Shown here: piece by piece, positions 19,944 to 29,038 of the stretch | Layout: each line of letters starts with the position of its first letter | Numbering within the stretch: the stretch's first letter is position 1 | Assembly: GCA_012798485.1 (NCBI GenBank) | Contig: JAAZND010000102.1 | Span: 1-61,132 of the forward strand | Length of the DNA stretch: 61,132 bases | Direction of reading: 5' to 3' | From: Candidatus Beckwithbacteria bacterium | Lineage (GTDB): Bacteria > Patescibacteriota > Microgenomatia > UBA1400 > UBA1449 | Made by a program: the position numbers and the translations under genes | Notes under the pieces: generated by a model | Seen by the model: the letters and a program-made list of their open reading frames with translations, nothing else | What the model was told of the DNA's origin: nothing | Database searches by the model: none

Positions 19944-20896
19944 ATCAATTTATTAAGATGAGAAAGCATATTTAAAAATCCTCCAGTATGCCAAAAAATC
20001 ACCTTAGATTTGGGTTTAATTTTACCCTGAATAACATAATCCCTTAACCCAGTAAAGGCTTTACCGGTGTATATTGGATCCAATAAAAGTCCTTCGGTTT
20101 TAGCCGCCCACTTAATATTTTGAATTATGTTAGAACTACTAATTTTATAGCCTATTGAATATGAATCATCAAAAAATATTCTTTGCTTTTTGTCAGTAAT
20201 TTCGTTAGATAAATATAACTGATTAAGTAATTTTTTAATTGCCGGAATAGCAATCTCTTTCTTTCGTGCGATGGAAATGCCAATAACTTTAGTGTTAGGC
20301 AAATATTGACTACAACCAACAATTATGCCTACTTGCGTAGTTCCCATTCCACTAGCTAAAAAAATATAATCCGGATAATCTTTTTTATCGATTTGCTTTT
20401 TTAGTTCATTTACAGCCTCATAGTAAGCATAGGCTCCTTCAACTGAATAAGCTCCTCCCCATAAGTAAAATGGGTTATATTTTTGTTTTTTCAATTTAAT
20501 TATAGCTTCATCCATCTTTATCGATACCTCCGATTTATTAATAAAGATAGTTTTTGCTCCAGTTAAACAACATAATTTGTAGTTTAAATATGTATCTCTT
20601 TTTTTAGATTTAGATGAATGAATTAATAGTAATGACGGTAGGCCTAACTGCTTGGAAATAATAGCTAATGATCTTAAGTGGTTCGATTCAATATCTCCAA
20701 TGCTAACAATATAATTATAACCGTTATCTTGAACAGTTTTTAAAATATAATAGAGCATTCTTGCTTTATTACCTCCACCAGGAATCTCAAATAAATCATC
20801 ATGTTTTACCCATAGCCTTATACCTAATTCTTTTGATATTTTTGGATAATAATTAATTGGAGTTGGATTAAAATTAAAATGATCAAACTTTATCAT
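19940..20896 (-). CDS. D-cysteine desulfhydrase / ACC deaminase-family PLP enzyme
   Basis: KHDDL, GGNKAR, SNH, SGMGTT, LLDPIYTGKA, FWHTGG. Confidence 0.9.
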   Translation of the reverse strand: MIKFDHFNFNPTPINYYPKISKELGIRLWVKHDDLFEIPGGGNKARMLYYILKTVQDNGYNYIVSIGDIESNHLRSLAIISKQLGLPSLLLIHSSKSKKRDTYLNYKLCCLTGAKTIFINKSEVSIKMDEAIIKLKKQKYNPFYLWGGAYSVEGAYAYYEAVNELKKQIDKKDYPDYIFLASGMGTTQVGIIVGCSQYLPNTKVIGISIARKKEIAIPAIKKLLNQLYLSNEITDKKQRIFFDDSYSIGYKISSSNIIQNIKWAAKTEGLLLDPIYTGKAFTGLRDYVIQGKIKPKSKVIFWHTGGFLNMLSHLNKLI

Positions 20897-21399
20897 ATTT
20901 TTTTTTCTAGATAAAAAGTAAATCTACCATCTGGTCTATCCTGAATTTTATTAATTATTTTAAAACCTAATGATTTGTACATTTTCAAAGGAATACTATT
21001 ATCCCAAGTTTTTATACCTAAGATTTTAAAGTTAAGTTTTTTTAAATAGTTTAGACAATAACAAAATAGGGTTTTCATTATTCCATTTTCTCTATAATCT
21101 TTTCTAACTCCTAGCACAGGAATATAAGAATATTTTGTTTTATGATTATTACAATAAAAACAAAGTAGAGCAATAATCTGATTATTTTTTTGGTCAAAAG
21201 CCAAAATAATTTCAGATTTAGTATATAATTTATTCGCCCAAAATTTTAAATTTACTCTTAGACTTAATGGCGGAAAAAAATCCTGATCTAATTCAACTAA
21301 CAAATTGTAAATATCTTTTTCTAAAAATTTAGTATTTTTTATAGAATTGATTAATATGTTAGGAAAAATAGATTCTTTTATTTTTTTTGACTTTTCCAT
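20893..21399 (-). CDS. GNAT-family N-acetyltransferase
   Basis: LGVRKDYRENGI, MYKSLGF. Confidence 0.85.
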   Translation of the reverse strand: MEKSKKIKESIFPNILINSIKNTKFLEKDIYNLLVELDQDFFPPLSLRVNLKFWANKLYTKSEIILAFDQKNNQIIALLCFYCNNHKTKYSYIPVLGVRKDYRENGIMKTLFCYCLNYLKKLNFKILGIKTWDNSIPLKMYKSLGFKIINKIQDRPDGRFTFYLEKKI

Positions 21400-22268
21400 A
21401 TAATGTGTTTATATATCGGCTTATTATCAAAATAATCAAAAATTTTTCTTAATTTATTTTCTTTACTTTTTATTTCATCTTCAGATAACTCACCTCTAAC
21501 CATTTTAATTCTGAGAATTGATGGCAATAATGATAATCCATGCTTATCTATTATATTAAACCCGGATTTTTGTAATAATTGGCTAATTTCATCTTGACTG
21601 AATAGCTTAAACTTAAAATTTGTTTTTCCTTTTTCTTCTTTAAATTTTCTTTTCTCAAAATTTTCTATTAGATCATCAATTTCTTCAAAATAAATCGACT
21701 TGAAAATTGCACCACTTAAATCTGGCTCAGAATTAATTAATATTCCTTTTGTTTTTAACAATCTTTTAGATTCAGATATTGCCAACTCACATTTATCATT
21801 AAGATAATAAAAAACACCTATGGCTAAGGCTAAATCAACTGATTCAGTCTTTATGGGAATATCTTCAGCGCTACAATTAATTATTAATACTTTGTCTTGG
21901 AAATTATTTTTAATAATATAATTTCTTAAAGAAAGTAAAGGTTTTATATGAGAATCTGTAGCAATAATTTTTTGAAAACCTTTTTTTAATAAATATTCTG
22001 TAAATCTACCATCACCACAACCGATATCAACAGCAACTGTTTCTTTAGTAATTCTAAAATTTGAAAGAAATTTTTCTAAAGCATTATGATAATACGGTCT
22101 CTCCCAATAAGCTAAATGAAGAGGAAATTCTTGCAATTCTCTTAAAGCTGCTCCTTTGGGCATTTTGTTATGAAACTCAATAGCTAGGCTTTTTTTATAT
22201 TTACATAAATAAATTCCATCGTGCTCTTTTAACTGATTGTTAAAAATATTTTTTTTCCAATTAATCAT
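21378..22268 (-). CDS. Class I SAM-dependent methyltransferase
   Basis: VDIGCGDG, AEDIP...SVD, RLLKTKG. Confidence 0.85.
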   Translation of the reverse strand: MINWKKNIFNNQLKEHDGIYLCKYKKSLAIEFHNKMPKGAALRELQEFPLHLAYWERPYYHNALEKFLSNFRITKETVAVDIGCGDGRFTEYLLKKGFQKIIATDSHIKPLLSLRNYIIKNNFQDKVLIINCSAEDIPIKTESVDLALAIGVFYYLNDKCELAISESKRLLKTKGILINSEPDLSGAIFKSIYFEEIDDLIENFEKRKFKEEKGKTNFKFKLFSQDEISQLLQKSGFNIIDKHGLSLLPSILRIKMVRGELSEDEIKSKENKLRKIFDYFDNKPIYKHIIWKSQKK

Positions 22269-22279
22269 AATATAAGATG

Positions 22280-23365
22280 TTAAAAACTTTGTTTAATAAT
22301 TGAATATATATTATTTATCTCTTTCTTTTTTAACCTATAGTATAAAGGCAGACATAAAATTCTACTAGCAATATTTTCACTGATTGGCATTTTCTGATCT
22401 TTTATATAAGGAAGGTTAGATAAAGAAGGATAAAAATAACGACGAGGATAAATATCAGATTGATTAAGCTTTGATAGAGTTTTTAATAATTGAATTTCTG
22501 AAGGAAAAATTACTGGATAATATGAATAATTTAATTCTGCGCCTGGTAATAATTTGGGTTTAATTAAGTTTTGATCATTTTTAAATAATAATTGATTATA
22601 GTGATTACAAATTTTTCTCCGATTCTCTATGTTTTTTTTAATATATTTTAAATTAGCTAAGCCCATAGCAGCATGGAGTTCAGAATTTTTCCCATTAATA
22701 CCTAATCCAAAATAATCATATAAGCCATTATGACCAAAATTTCTTAAAAAAGAAATTTTATCAGCAATTTTTTTATCATTTGTAATAATTGCTCCACCTT
22801 CAACTGTATGAAAAATCTTCGTTGTGTGAAAACTCAAAATCGAAATATCTCCATAAGAAGTTAGTGCTTTACCTTTATATTTTGCTCCAAAAGTATGAGC
22901 TCCATCATAGATAATTTTTAAATTATATTTTTTGGCAATCTTTTTAATTTTTTCTATATTACAAGGAAAGCCAAAAACATGAGTAGGTAAAATAACTTTA
23001 GTCTTTCTAGTAATTGCCTTCTCGATAAATTCAGGATTGAGAGTAAGAGTATCTGGATCAATATCAACAAAAACTGGTTTATAACCTTCCCAGATAATAG
23101 ATGAGGTTGTTGCGACATATGAAAATGGCGTAGTTATGATTTCACTGTTTTTTGGCAAACCTAACGATTTAATTGCAATCTGCAAAGCAATAGTACCATT
23201 AGTAACAAAAAATATATATTTAACTCCAAGATATTTTTTTAGTTTTTTTTCTAAGCGTTTAACAAATTGACCGTTATTAGTCAACCATCCGGATTGCCAA
23301 ATTTTTTCTAAGTATTTTTGATATTCTGATAATGGAGGTAAAAAAGTTTTGGTTACTGGAATCAT
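22280..23365 (-). CDS. vioA: DegT-family aminotransferase, dTDP-4-amino-4,6-dideoxyglucose transaminase-like
   Basis: MIPVTKTFLP (start 23365), WLTNNG, YDGAH, SFHTTKIFHTVEGG, NGKNSE, RRYFYP. Confidence 0.82.
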   Translation of the reverse strand: MIPVTKTFLPPLSEYQKYLEKIWQSGWLTNNGQFVKRLEKKLKKYLGVKYIFFVTNGTIALQIAIKSLGLPKNSEIITTPFSYVATTSSIIWEGYKPVFVDIDPDTLTLNPEFIEKAITRKTKVILPTHVFGFPCNIEKIKKIAKKYNLKIIYDGAHTFGAKYKGKALTSYGDISILSFHTTKIFHTVEGGAIITNDKKIADKISFLRNFGHNGLYDYFGLGINGKNSELHAAMGLANLKYIKKNIENRRKICNHYNQLLFKNDQNLIKPKLLPGAELNYSYYPVIFPSEIQLLKTLSKLNQSDIYPRRYFYPSLSNLPYIKDQKMPISENIASRILCLPLYYRLKKKEINNIYSIIKQSF

Positions 23366-23449
23366 ATTAAACTGCTGCAAATAACACAGTTTCTTTTAGA
23401 TGAATTGTTGCATGTTTTAAGTAATATTTATAATATTTATAAAGATCTT

Positions 23450-25057
23450 TTAATTGAAAAGGCTAATAAATATATAGAAAACTTGTTTGACAATTATAAA
23501 TAATGAATACAAAATTAAATTAATTTTACTTATAAATTTTACTTTAATCTTATTCTTGTTTTTAAATATTTTTTTCACAAAACTAATAAAATTAAATTGT
23601 TTATATATTTTGTGTTTTAATAGCTTATTACTCTTTTTAGCCAAAATCAATATTTTGCTAATTTGTCCACCATTAATAATTGTTTTGATATTAAAAATAA
23701 TCGTATCTCTATCAATAAAAAATTTGTTAATAACCGGAATTTGATTAATTATTAAAAGAATTAGATAAATGATCAGCTTTACTCTGGATTTAAATTGTAA
23801 ATTAGTATTTTTATCTTTTAAAACCATAATTTTAAAATCTTCGAAAGGTTCAATGACTGGATAATAATCAATTCTTTTAATAGAGCCCAAAGCTTTATTA
23901 AAAAATTTAATATTAGTAATTTGTTCTAAATCTTTTAATCTAAAAGAAAATCTAAATTTTTTATTAATAATTTCCTGACAAGAAAGAACAATTTCTCTTC
24001 TCAAATTATCTTCTTTTAATAATTTTCTGCAAACTTCATAAGCTTCATACTTGTTTTTATATGTTGGAATTTTAATTTTAGGAAATAACTGCTTCATGTC
24101 TTGTTTAAATTCGGTTACTAAACAAGCATTGCTTGCCATAATATCGCAAACTCTCCATGAAAAACCAGTTTTTGCCTGAATATGATTAATATTGATTCCT
24201 ATTTTTGAAGAATTATAAAGATTTTGATTATGTTTAAGAGAATAGACTAATTTATTTTTATAGCTTAAAATTATCTCTAACTCATTTGGTAAATCTTCAA
24301 TCCAATTTTTAGTGCCATAAATAGCTAAACCAAGACTACTAATAATAGATAAAGTTTGGATTCTATTTTTAGAAGAAAGATTCTCTATTAATTCTTTCAT
24401 TATTAAATGATTTTTTATTTTATTTGACTTTACCTTAAATTTATCAATTATTTCATTTTCATTTATAAAAGGATTTTCTTCTACATATTTTAAAATTTGT
24501 TTAAATTTATTAATTTCATTTTCGTCTGGATCGGTTGCCATAAAATTACTTATAATATTATTTGAGTTAAATTTTGTTCCAATAAAAACAATATTATTTT
24601 TGATTTGAATATCCTCTGCTACAACTGAAGTAGAAAAAGGTAAATAATGAATAAGAGATTTTTTAGGATTAAACATCTCTTCTGTAACCTTAAGAGACGA
24701 TGTTTGAGCTAGTATATAAATATACCTATTAGGATTTTCTTGAATATTTTTTATATTAGAAAAATAAAGAGGACTATCTACTTCCCAAATAATGATTGGG
24801 CAAAAAAATTCTTTTGATAAATCAAAACAACAATTATTAAATATAATAATTAAATCAGGATTAAAAAGCCTTAATTTATTTATAAAAACTTTTGGTGCTT
24901 TAGGAAAATCTTGAGCCCAGCTTCTATTATCATAATAGAGGATCTCATTCCCTGCTTTCTTAAGTTCAAAAAATAGGCTCTCGTAAAAACATGGAATAGC
25001 ATTAGAGTTTTCAAAATCAGAAATACCATTAAAAAATGAAATAAATATTTTTGCCAT
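23450..25057 (-). CDS. GT-B glycosyltransferase, CgeB/Glyco_trans_1_2-like
   Basis: YNSSKIGININH, SWRVCDIMASNACLVTE; hydrophobic and basic C-terminal extension. Confidence 0.7.
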   Translation of the reverse strand: MAKIFISFFNGISDFENSNAIPCFYESLFFELKKAGNEILYYDNRSWAQDFPKAPKVFINKLRLFNPDLIIIFNNCCFDLSKEFFCPIIIWEVDSPLYFSNIKNIQENPNRYIYILAQTSSLKVTEEMFNPKKSLIHYLPFSTSVVAEDIQIKNNIVFIGTKFNSNNIISNFMATDPDENEINKFKQILKYVEENPFINENEIIDKFKVKSNKIKNHLIMKELIENLSSKNRIQTLSIISSLGLAIYGTKNWIEDLPNELEIILSYKNKLVYSLKHNQNLYNSSKIGININHIQAKTGFSWRVCDIMASNACLVTEFKQDMKQLFPKIKIPTYKNKYEAYEVCRKLLKEDNLRREIVLSCQEIINKKFRFSFRLKDLEQITNIKFFNKALGSIKRIDYYPVIEPFEDFKIMVLKDKNTNLQFKSRVKLIIYLILLIINQIPVINKFFIDRDTIIFNIKTIINGGQISKILILAKKSNKLLKHKIYKQFNFISFVKKIFKNKNKIKVKFISKINLILYSLFIIVKQVFYIFISLFN

Positions 25058-25063
25058 TTTATA

Positions 25064-25462
25064 TTACTTCTTAATTGTTTTGATGAACTTTTTATAATCT
25101 CTAATATATTCTTCTTCATTATATTGTTTATTAGCCAAAACTATGAGGATGCAGTCTTTAGAAAAATTATATATTTCTCTCCATATATTTTTACCAATAT
25201 AAAGACCTACGTCAGGAGAATTTAACTCAATTACTTCTTTTTTTAATCCATCATCTAATAAAAATTTACAACTTCCATTGACACAAACTACAACTTGTTT
25301 TAGGCTAGTATGAGCATGCTTACCACGCACAACATTAGTTTTTGTACCATAAATATAATAAACACGATTAATTTTAAAAGGAATATTTTTACTCTGTTCA
25401 AGAGAAATCAATGAACCACGATCATCGCCCATAATATTAAATTTTAAGAGCTTATATTTCAT
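25064..25462 (-). CDS. fdtA: dTDP-4-keto-6-deoxyglucose 3,4-ketoisomerase (FdtA/QdtA cupin)
   Basis: DDRGSL, IPFKINRVYYIY, RGKHAH, LDDG, YIRDY. Confidence 0.9.
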   Translation of the reverse strand: MKYKLLKFNIMGDDRGSLISLEQSKNIPFKINRVYYIYGTKTNVVRGKHAHTSLKQVVVCVNGSCKFLLDDGLKKEVIELNSPDVGLYIGKNIWREIYNFSKDCILIVLANKQYNEEEYIRDYKKFIKTIKK

Positions 25463-26583
25463 ATTATTTTTTGTAACCTTGTAATTGTTTTATCCCAATT
25501 CATCGCTTGTACAGTTTTATAAGAATTGGTTTGTAAATAATTATATAATTTTTGATTACTTATTAATTTATTTAGTAATTGTTTAGTTTTTTTTACATTT
25601 GAAAATTCAGTCAATAAAGCATTATATCCATCTTTTATATATTCTTCACATCCAGTCACCTGAGCAACAATTGGAACTCCACCGCAAGCCATCATTTCTA
25701 ATGGAGGACCGAAGAAGCCTTCAACTCTAGATAATTTTAACATAATATCACATGAAGAATAGATATGTCGCATTTCTTGCATAGGTACTTTTTCAAAAAA
25801 ACGGTCACAATGCCATTCTGGTTTTGGTCTTCCATCATAAGATACACACCAAACCTCACAATCACAATCTTGAACGATTTTAAAAGCTTGCTCCATTCCT
25901 TTAAAAGGAAGATTAATTGCTCCTTCCAATAAAATTCTTTTTTTGTTTTTAGGTTTTGGTGTTAATAAAGTATCAGGATAAAATATATTAGTATTAATGC
26001 CGTTTGGAATATAATAAGAATCTTGATTGAAATTATTTTTTAAAAACTTCTGGAGCCATTTAGCAATAGTTATAAACTTAAATGGAAAAGTATAAGTTCG
26101 TTTAACTCTAGTCTTTAGATAACTACCTATGGGATAAAATCTAGTTTCATCTGACTGAACTAAATACATCTTTCTTCTAACTTTAATTAACAAAAGTTCA
26201 TACGCAGTAATCCAACCAGTTGCTACAACAGTTTCATATCTTTCTATGAGTTTCTGATTCCCTTTTAAAGGAACAACTTTTACCGACTGATTAGGAAACC
26301 AAGATAAATCAGTTTTATTATCACAACTAACAATTAAAGTTTTATAACCAAGTTTTTTTAAACGATTTAAATGTTCACATACTACAGCTACTCCTCCTGT
26401 AATTTTTGTTGCAGGGATAATATAGCAAATAGATTTATCTAAAATATTTTTTGTCAAATCATTGGAATTAATGATTTTTGACTTTAAATATCTAAAAATA
26501 AATATAATATCGTCATAAATATATTGTAGATTACGAATTTGAGTACGGATAATTTCCGGAACTAATTGACGATAAATTCTCAT
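25459..26583 (-). CDS. GT4 glycosyltransferase (WsaF-like)
   Basis: TGGV, VATGWITA, YLVQSDE, EGFFGPPLEMMACG. Confidence 0.85.
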   Translation of the reverse strand: MRIYRQLVPEIIRTQIRNLQYIYDDIIFIFRYLKSKIINSNDLTKNILDKSICYIIPATKITGGVAVVCEHLNRLKKLGYKTLIVSCDNKTDLSWFPNQSVKVVPLKGNQKLIERYETVVATGWITAYELLLIKVRRKMYLVQSDETRFYPIGSYLKTRVKRTYTFPFKFITIAKWLQKFLKNNFNQDSYYIPNGINTNIFYPDTLLTPKPKNKKRILLEGAINLPFKGMEQAFKIVQDCDCEVWCVSYDGRPKPEWHCDRFFEKVPMQEMRHIYSSCDIMLKLSRVEGFFGPPLEMMACGGVPIVAQVTGCEEYIKDGYNALLTEFSNVKKTKQLLNKLISNQKLYNYLQTNSYKTVQAMNWDKTITRLQKII

Positions 26584-26676
26584 TTTTTTCTAACTAAAAT
26601 AAATATTTTCTCAAGATATTTTAATATTAGCTGATTTTTCTTTAATAAGATATACTAAAATTATTTATAAATATTT

Positions 26677-27498
26677 ATGTTTATCTCAATTATTATCCCT
26701 ACTTATAACGGAAAAATGATATTAAGTAAATATTTACCTTTAATCCTAAAAGGTATGAATAAAAATACTGAAATCCTCATAGTTGACAATAACTCTACTG
26801 ATGGCACAAATGATTTAATAAATTCTTTTAAAACTGTTAAATACTTAAAATTAAATAAAAACTATGGATTTAGTGGTGCCTGTAATTCTGGAGCTAAAAA
26901 GGCTTTAGGAGAATATCTATTATTTCTTAATAATGATTGTTTGTTAGATTCACAAAATTTAAACAAGTTAGTAAAATTTTTAGAATCAAACAATAATTTA
27001 GTTGCTACTCAGCCAGTAGTTTTAAATCCTCAAAGAGAAATTGAAAATATTGGTCTTAAAGTTAATCTTAGAATAGCTAAAGCTTTCCCAATTAAGAATA
27101 AAATCTGGTTTAAAAATTTTAAAAAAAAACAAACAAATCCATTTAAAATTTCAGAAATATATGTTCTTGCAGCTACTTGCTTACTTATTCGTAGAAATAT
27201 TTTCACCAAAATTGGCATGTTCGATGAAAAATTTCATTCTTATCACGAAGACGTGGATTTATTTATAAGACTTACAAAAGCTGGATATAGTTATCTACCA
27301 TGTCTTGATGCAAGCTGTATTCATGAACACATGGCAACCAGTATTAGAATGAGTAATTATAAGCAAAAACAAGATTTTAAAAACTGGATTAGAATTATTA
27401 TAAAAAATTATCCTCTAAGTTATAAAGTTAAATATTCCCCCAGTTTATTAGTTGAAAGATTAAGAAATCTTAATGGTATTATCAAAACTTATTTATGA
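26677..27498 (+). CDS. GT2 glycosyltransferase (WbbL-like)
   Basis: VDNNSTDG, NYGFSGACN, FLNND, FDEKFHSYHEDVD. Confidence 0.9.
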   Translation: MFISIIIPTYNGKMILSKYLPLILKGMNKNTEILIVDNNSTDGTNDLINSFKTVKYLKLNKNYGFSGACNSGAKKALGEYLLFLNNDCLLDSQNLNKLVKFLESNNNLVATQPVVLNPQREIENIGLKVNLRIAKAFPIKNKIWFKNFKKKQTNPFKISEIYVLAATCLLIRRNIFTKIGMFDEKFHSYHEDVDLFIRLTKAGYSYLPCLDASCIHEHMATSIRMSNYKQKQDFKNWIRIIIKNYPLSYKVKYSPSLLVERLRNLNGIIKTYL

Positions 27499-27513
27499 TA
27501 GAATAAAAATATT

Positions 27514-28317
27514 ATGGCTATACTCTATAAAAAATTCAGCGAAAATCTCAAACTTTTTTGGGAATTTAGAGAATTACTCAAAAATCTGGTCAAAAGAGAA
27601 ATTGCTCAAAGATATAAACAATCTATTTTGGGTTATGCTTGGATTATTTTAAATCCGCTTTTCCAACTCGTTGTTATGAGTTTTGTTTTTGGAGTAATTT
27701 TAAAAGTTTCGTCTTTGAATGTTCCCTTTATTATTTTTTTATCAGTAGCTCTACTTCCTTGGAATTTTTTTGCAACCAGTCTTTCTACTTCATCAGGAGT
27801 TTTAGTTAATAGTAGTTCTTTAATCACTAAAATTTATTTTCCTAGAGAAATTTTGGTTTATGCCAATATGTTTGCTAAATTAATTGATTTTGCTCTTTCC
27901 CTGCTTATTCTTATTGTCTTTTTCTTAATTTTCAAAATCCCCTTTACTATATATTTTTTCTGGTTTATTCCTATTTTAATTGTCCAAATTATTTTTACTA
28001 CTGGTTTATCTTTAATTACTTCTGCTTTTAATCTTTTTTATCGAGACATTCAATATTTATTAAACTTGATTCTTATTCTCTGGATGTATCTTACTCCAGT
28101 AATGTATCCTGTTGAACTAATTCCTAATAAATATCGTTTTATTTTTAAATTTAACCCTATGGCTGTGATAGTCAACGCTTATCGACAGATTTTATTAGGC
28201 AAAAGCGAACCTAATCTTGGCAGCTTATCTATTGCTTTGTTTATTTCTATATTTATCTTTATTTTTGGCTTTTTCATTTTCAAAAAATTAGAAGGGAAAT
28301 TTGCCGACTATGTCTAA
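27514..28317 (+). CDS. wzm: ABC-2 polysaccharide exporter permease (copy 1)
   Basis: RYKQSILGYAW, KIYFPRE, YRDI, YLTPVMY, NPM. Confidence 0.92.
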   Translation: MAILYKKFSENLKLFWEFRELLKNLVKREIAQRYKQSILGYAWIILNPLFQLVVMSFVFGVILKVSSLNVPFIIFLSVALLPWNFFATSLSTSSGVLVNSSSLITKIYFPREILVYANMFAKLIDFALSLLILIVFFLIFKIPFTIYFFWFIPILIVQIIFTTGLSLITSAFNLFYRDIQYLLNLILILWMYLTPVMYPVELIPNKYRFIFKFNPMAVIVNAYRQILLGKSEPNLGSLSIALFISIFIFIFGFFIFKKLEGKFADYV

Positions 28318-29038
28318 TGATTTTATTATCAAAGCCGAAAATTTGCATAAACTCTATAGCTTAAACAAACAGCGAACGTTTAAAGAATTTTTGCCTGCAC
28401 TTTTTAGTGGGGCTGAAACGAAATATAGTTTCCATGCGCTAAACGGGATTAATTTTGAAATTAAAAAAGGCGAATCCTTAGCTATTTTAGGCAGAAATGG
28501 TAGCGGCAAATCCACTTTACTTAAAATTATTGCCGGCGTAACTAAACCATCTGATGGGAAAATTACGGTCAACGGCAAGGTTTTTCCTCTTATTGAACTT
28601 GGAGCTGGTTTCCACCCAGAACTTACTGGCAAGGAAAATGTTTATCTGAATGGATCTATCCTTGGTATCAAAGAAAAAGAAATGGATAAGCTTTATAATC
28701 AAATCGTTTCCTTTGCCGAACTAGAACAATTTATGCATGAACCAGTAAAACATTATTCTTCCGGAATGTATATGCGTCTTGCTTTTGCTGTGGCTGTGGC
28801 TAAAATCCCTAACATACTTCTAGTTGATGAAATTTTAGCTGTCGGCGATCTTAGGTTCCAAAAAAAATGTTTGAGTAGAATCAAGGAATTTCAAAATCAA
28901 GGGACTACTCTTATTATAGTTTCTCATTCTCGTAAAACAATTGAGGATTATTGCCAAAAAGGACTCTTAATTAACAATGGAAATCAATTATATTTTGGTG
29001 AAGTCAAAAAGGCTTTGGAAAAATACGCCCAGATTTAA
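28310..29038 (+). CDS. wzt: Polysaccharide ABC exporter ATPase without C-terminal binding domain (copy 1)
   Basis: GRNGSGKST, GFHPELTGKEN, YSSGM, LVDE; start 28310. Confidence 0.92.
   Translation: MSNDFIIKAENLHKLYSLNKQRTFKEFLPALFSGAETKYSFHALNGINFEIKKGESLAILGRNGSGKSTLLKIIAGVTKPSDGKITVNGKVFPLIELGAGFHPELTGKENVYLNGSILGIKEKEMDKLYNQIVSFAELEQFMHEPVKHYSSGMYMRLAFAVAVAKIPNILLVDEILAVGDLRFQKKCLSRIKEFQNQGTTLIIVSHSRKTIEDYCQKGLLINNGNQLYFGEVKKALEKYAQI

Noticed and set aside
19940..20896. ACC deaminase (acdS)
   Set aside because: Has DPIYTG and HTGG rather than the DPVYEG and HLGG of true ACC deaminases
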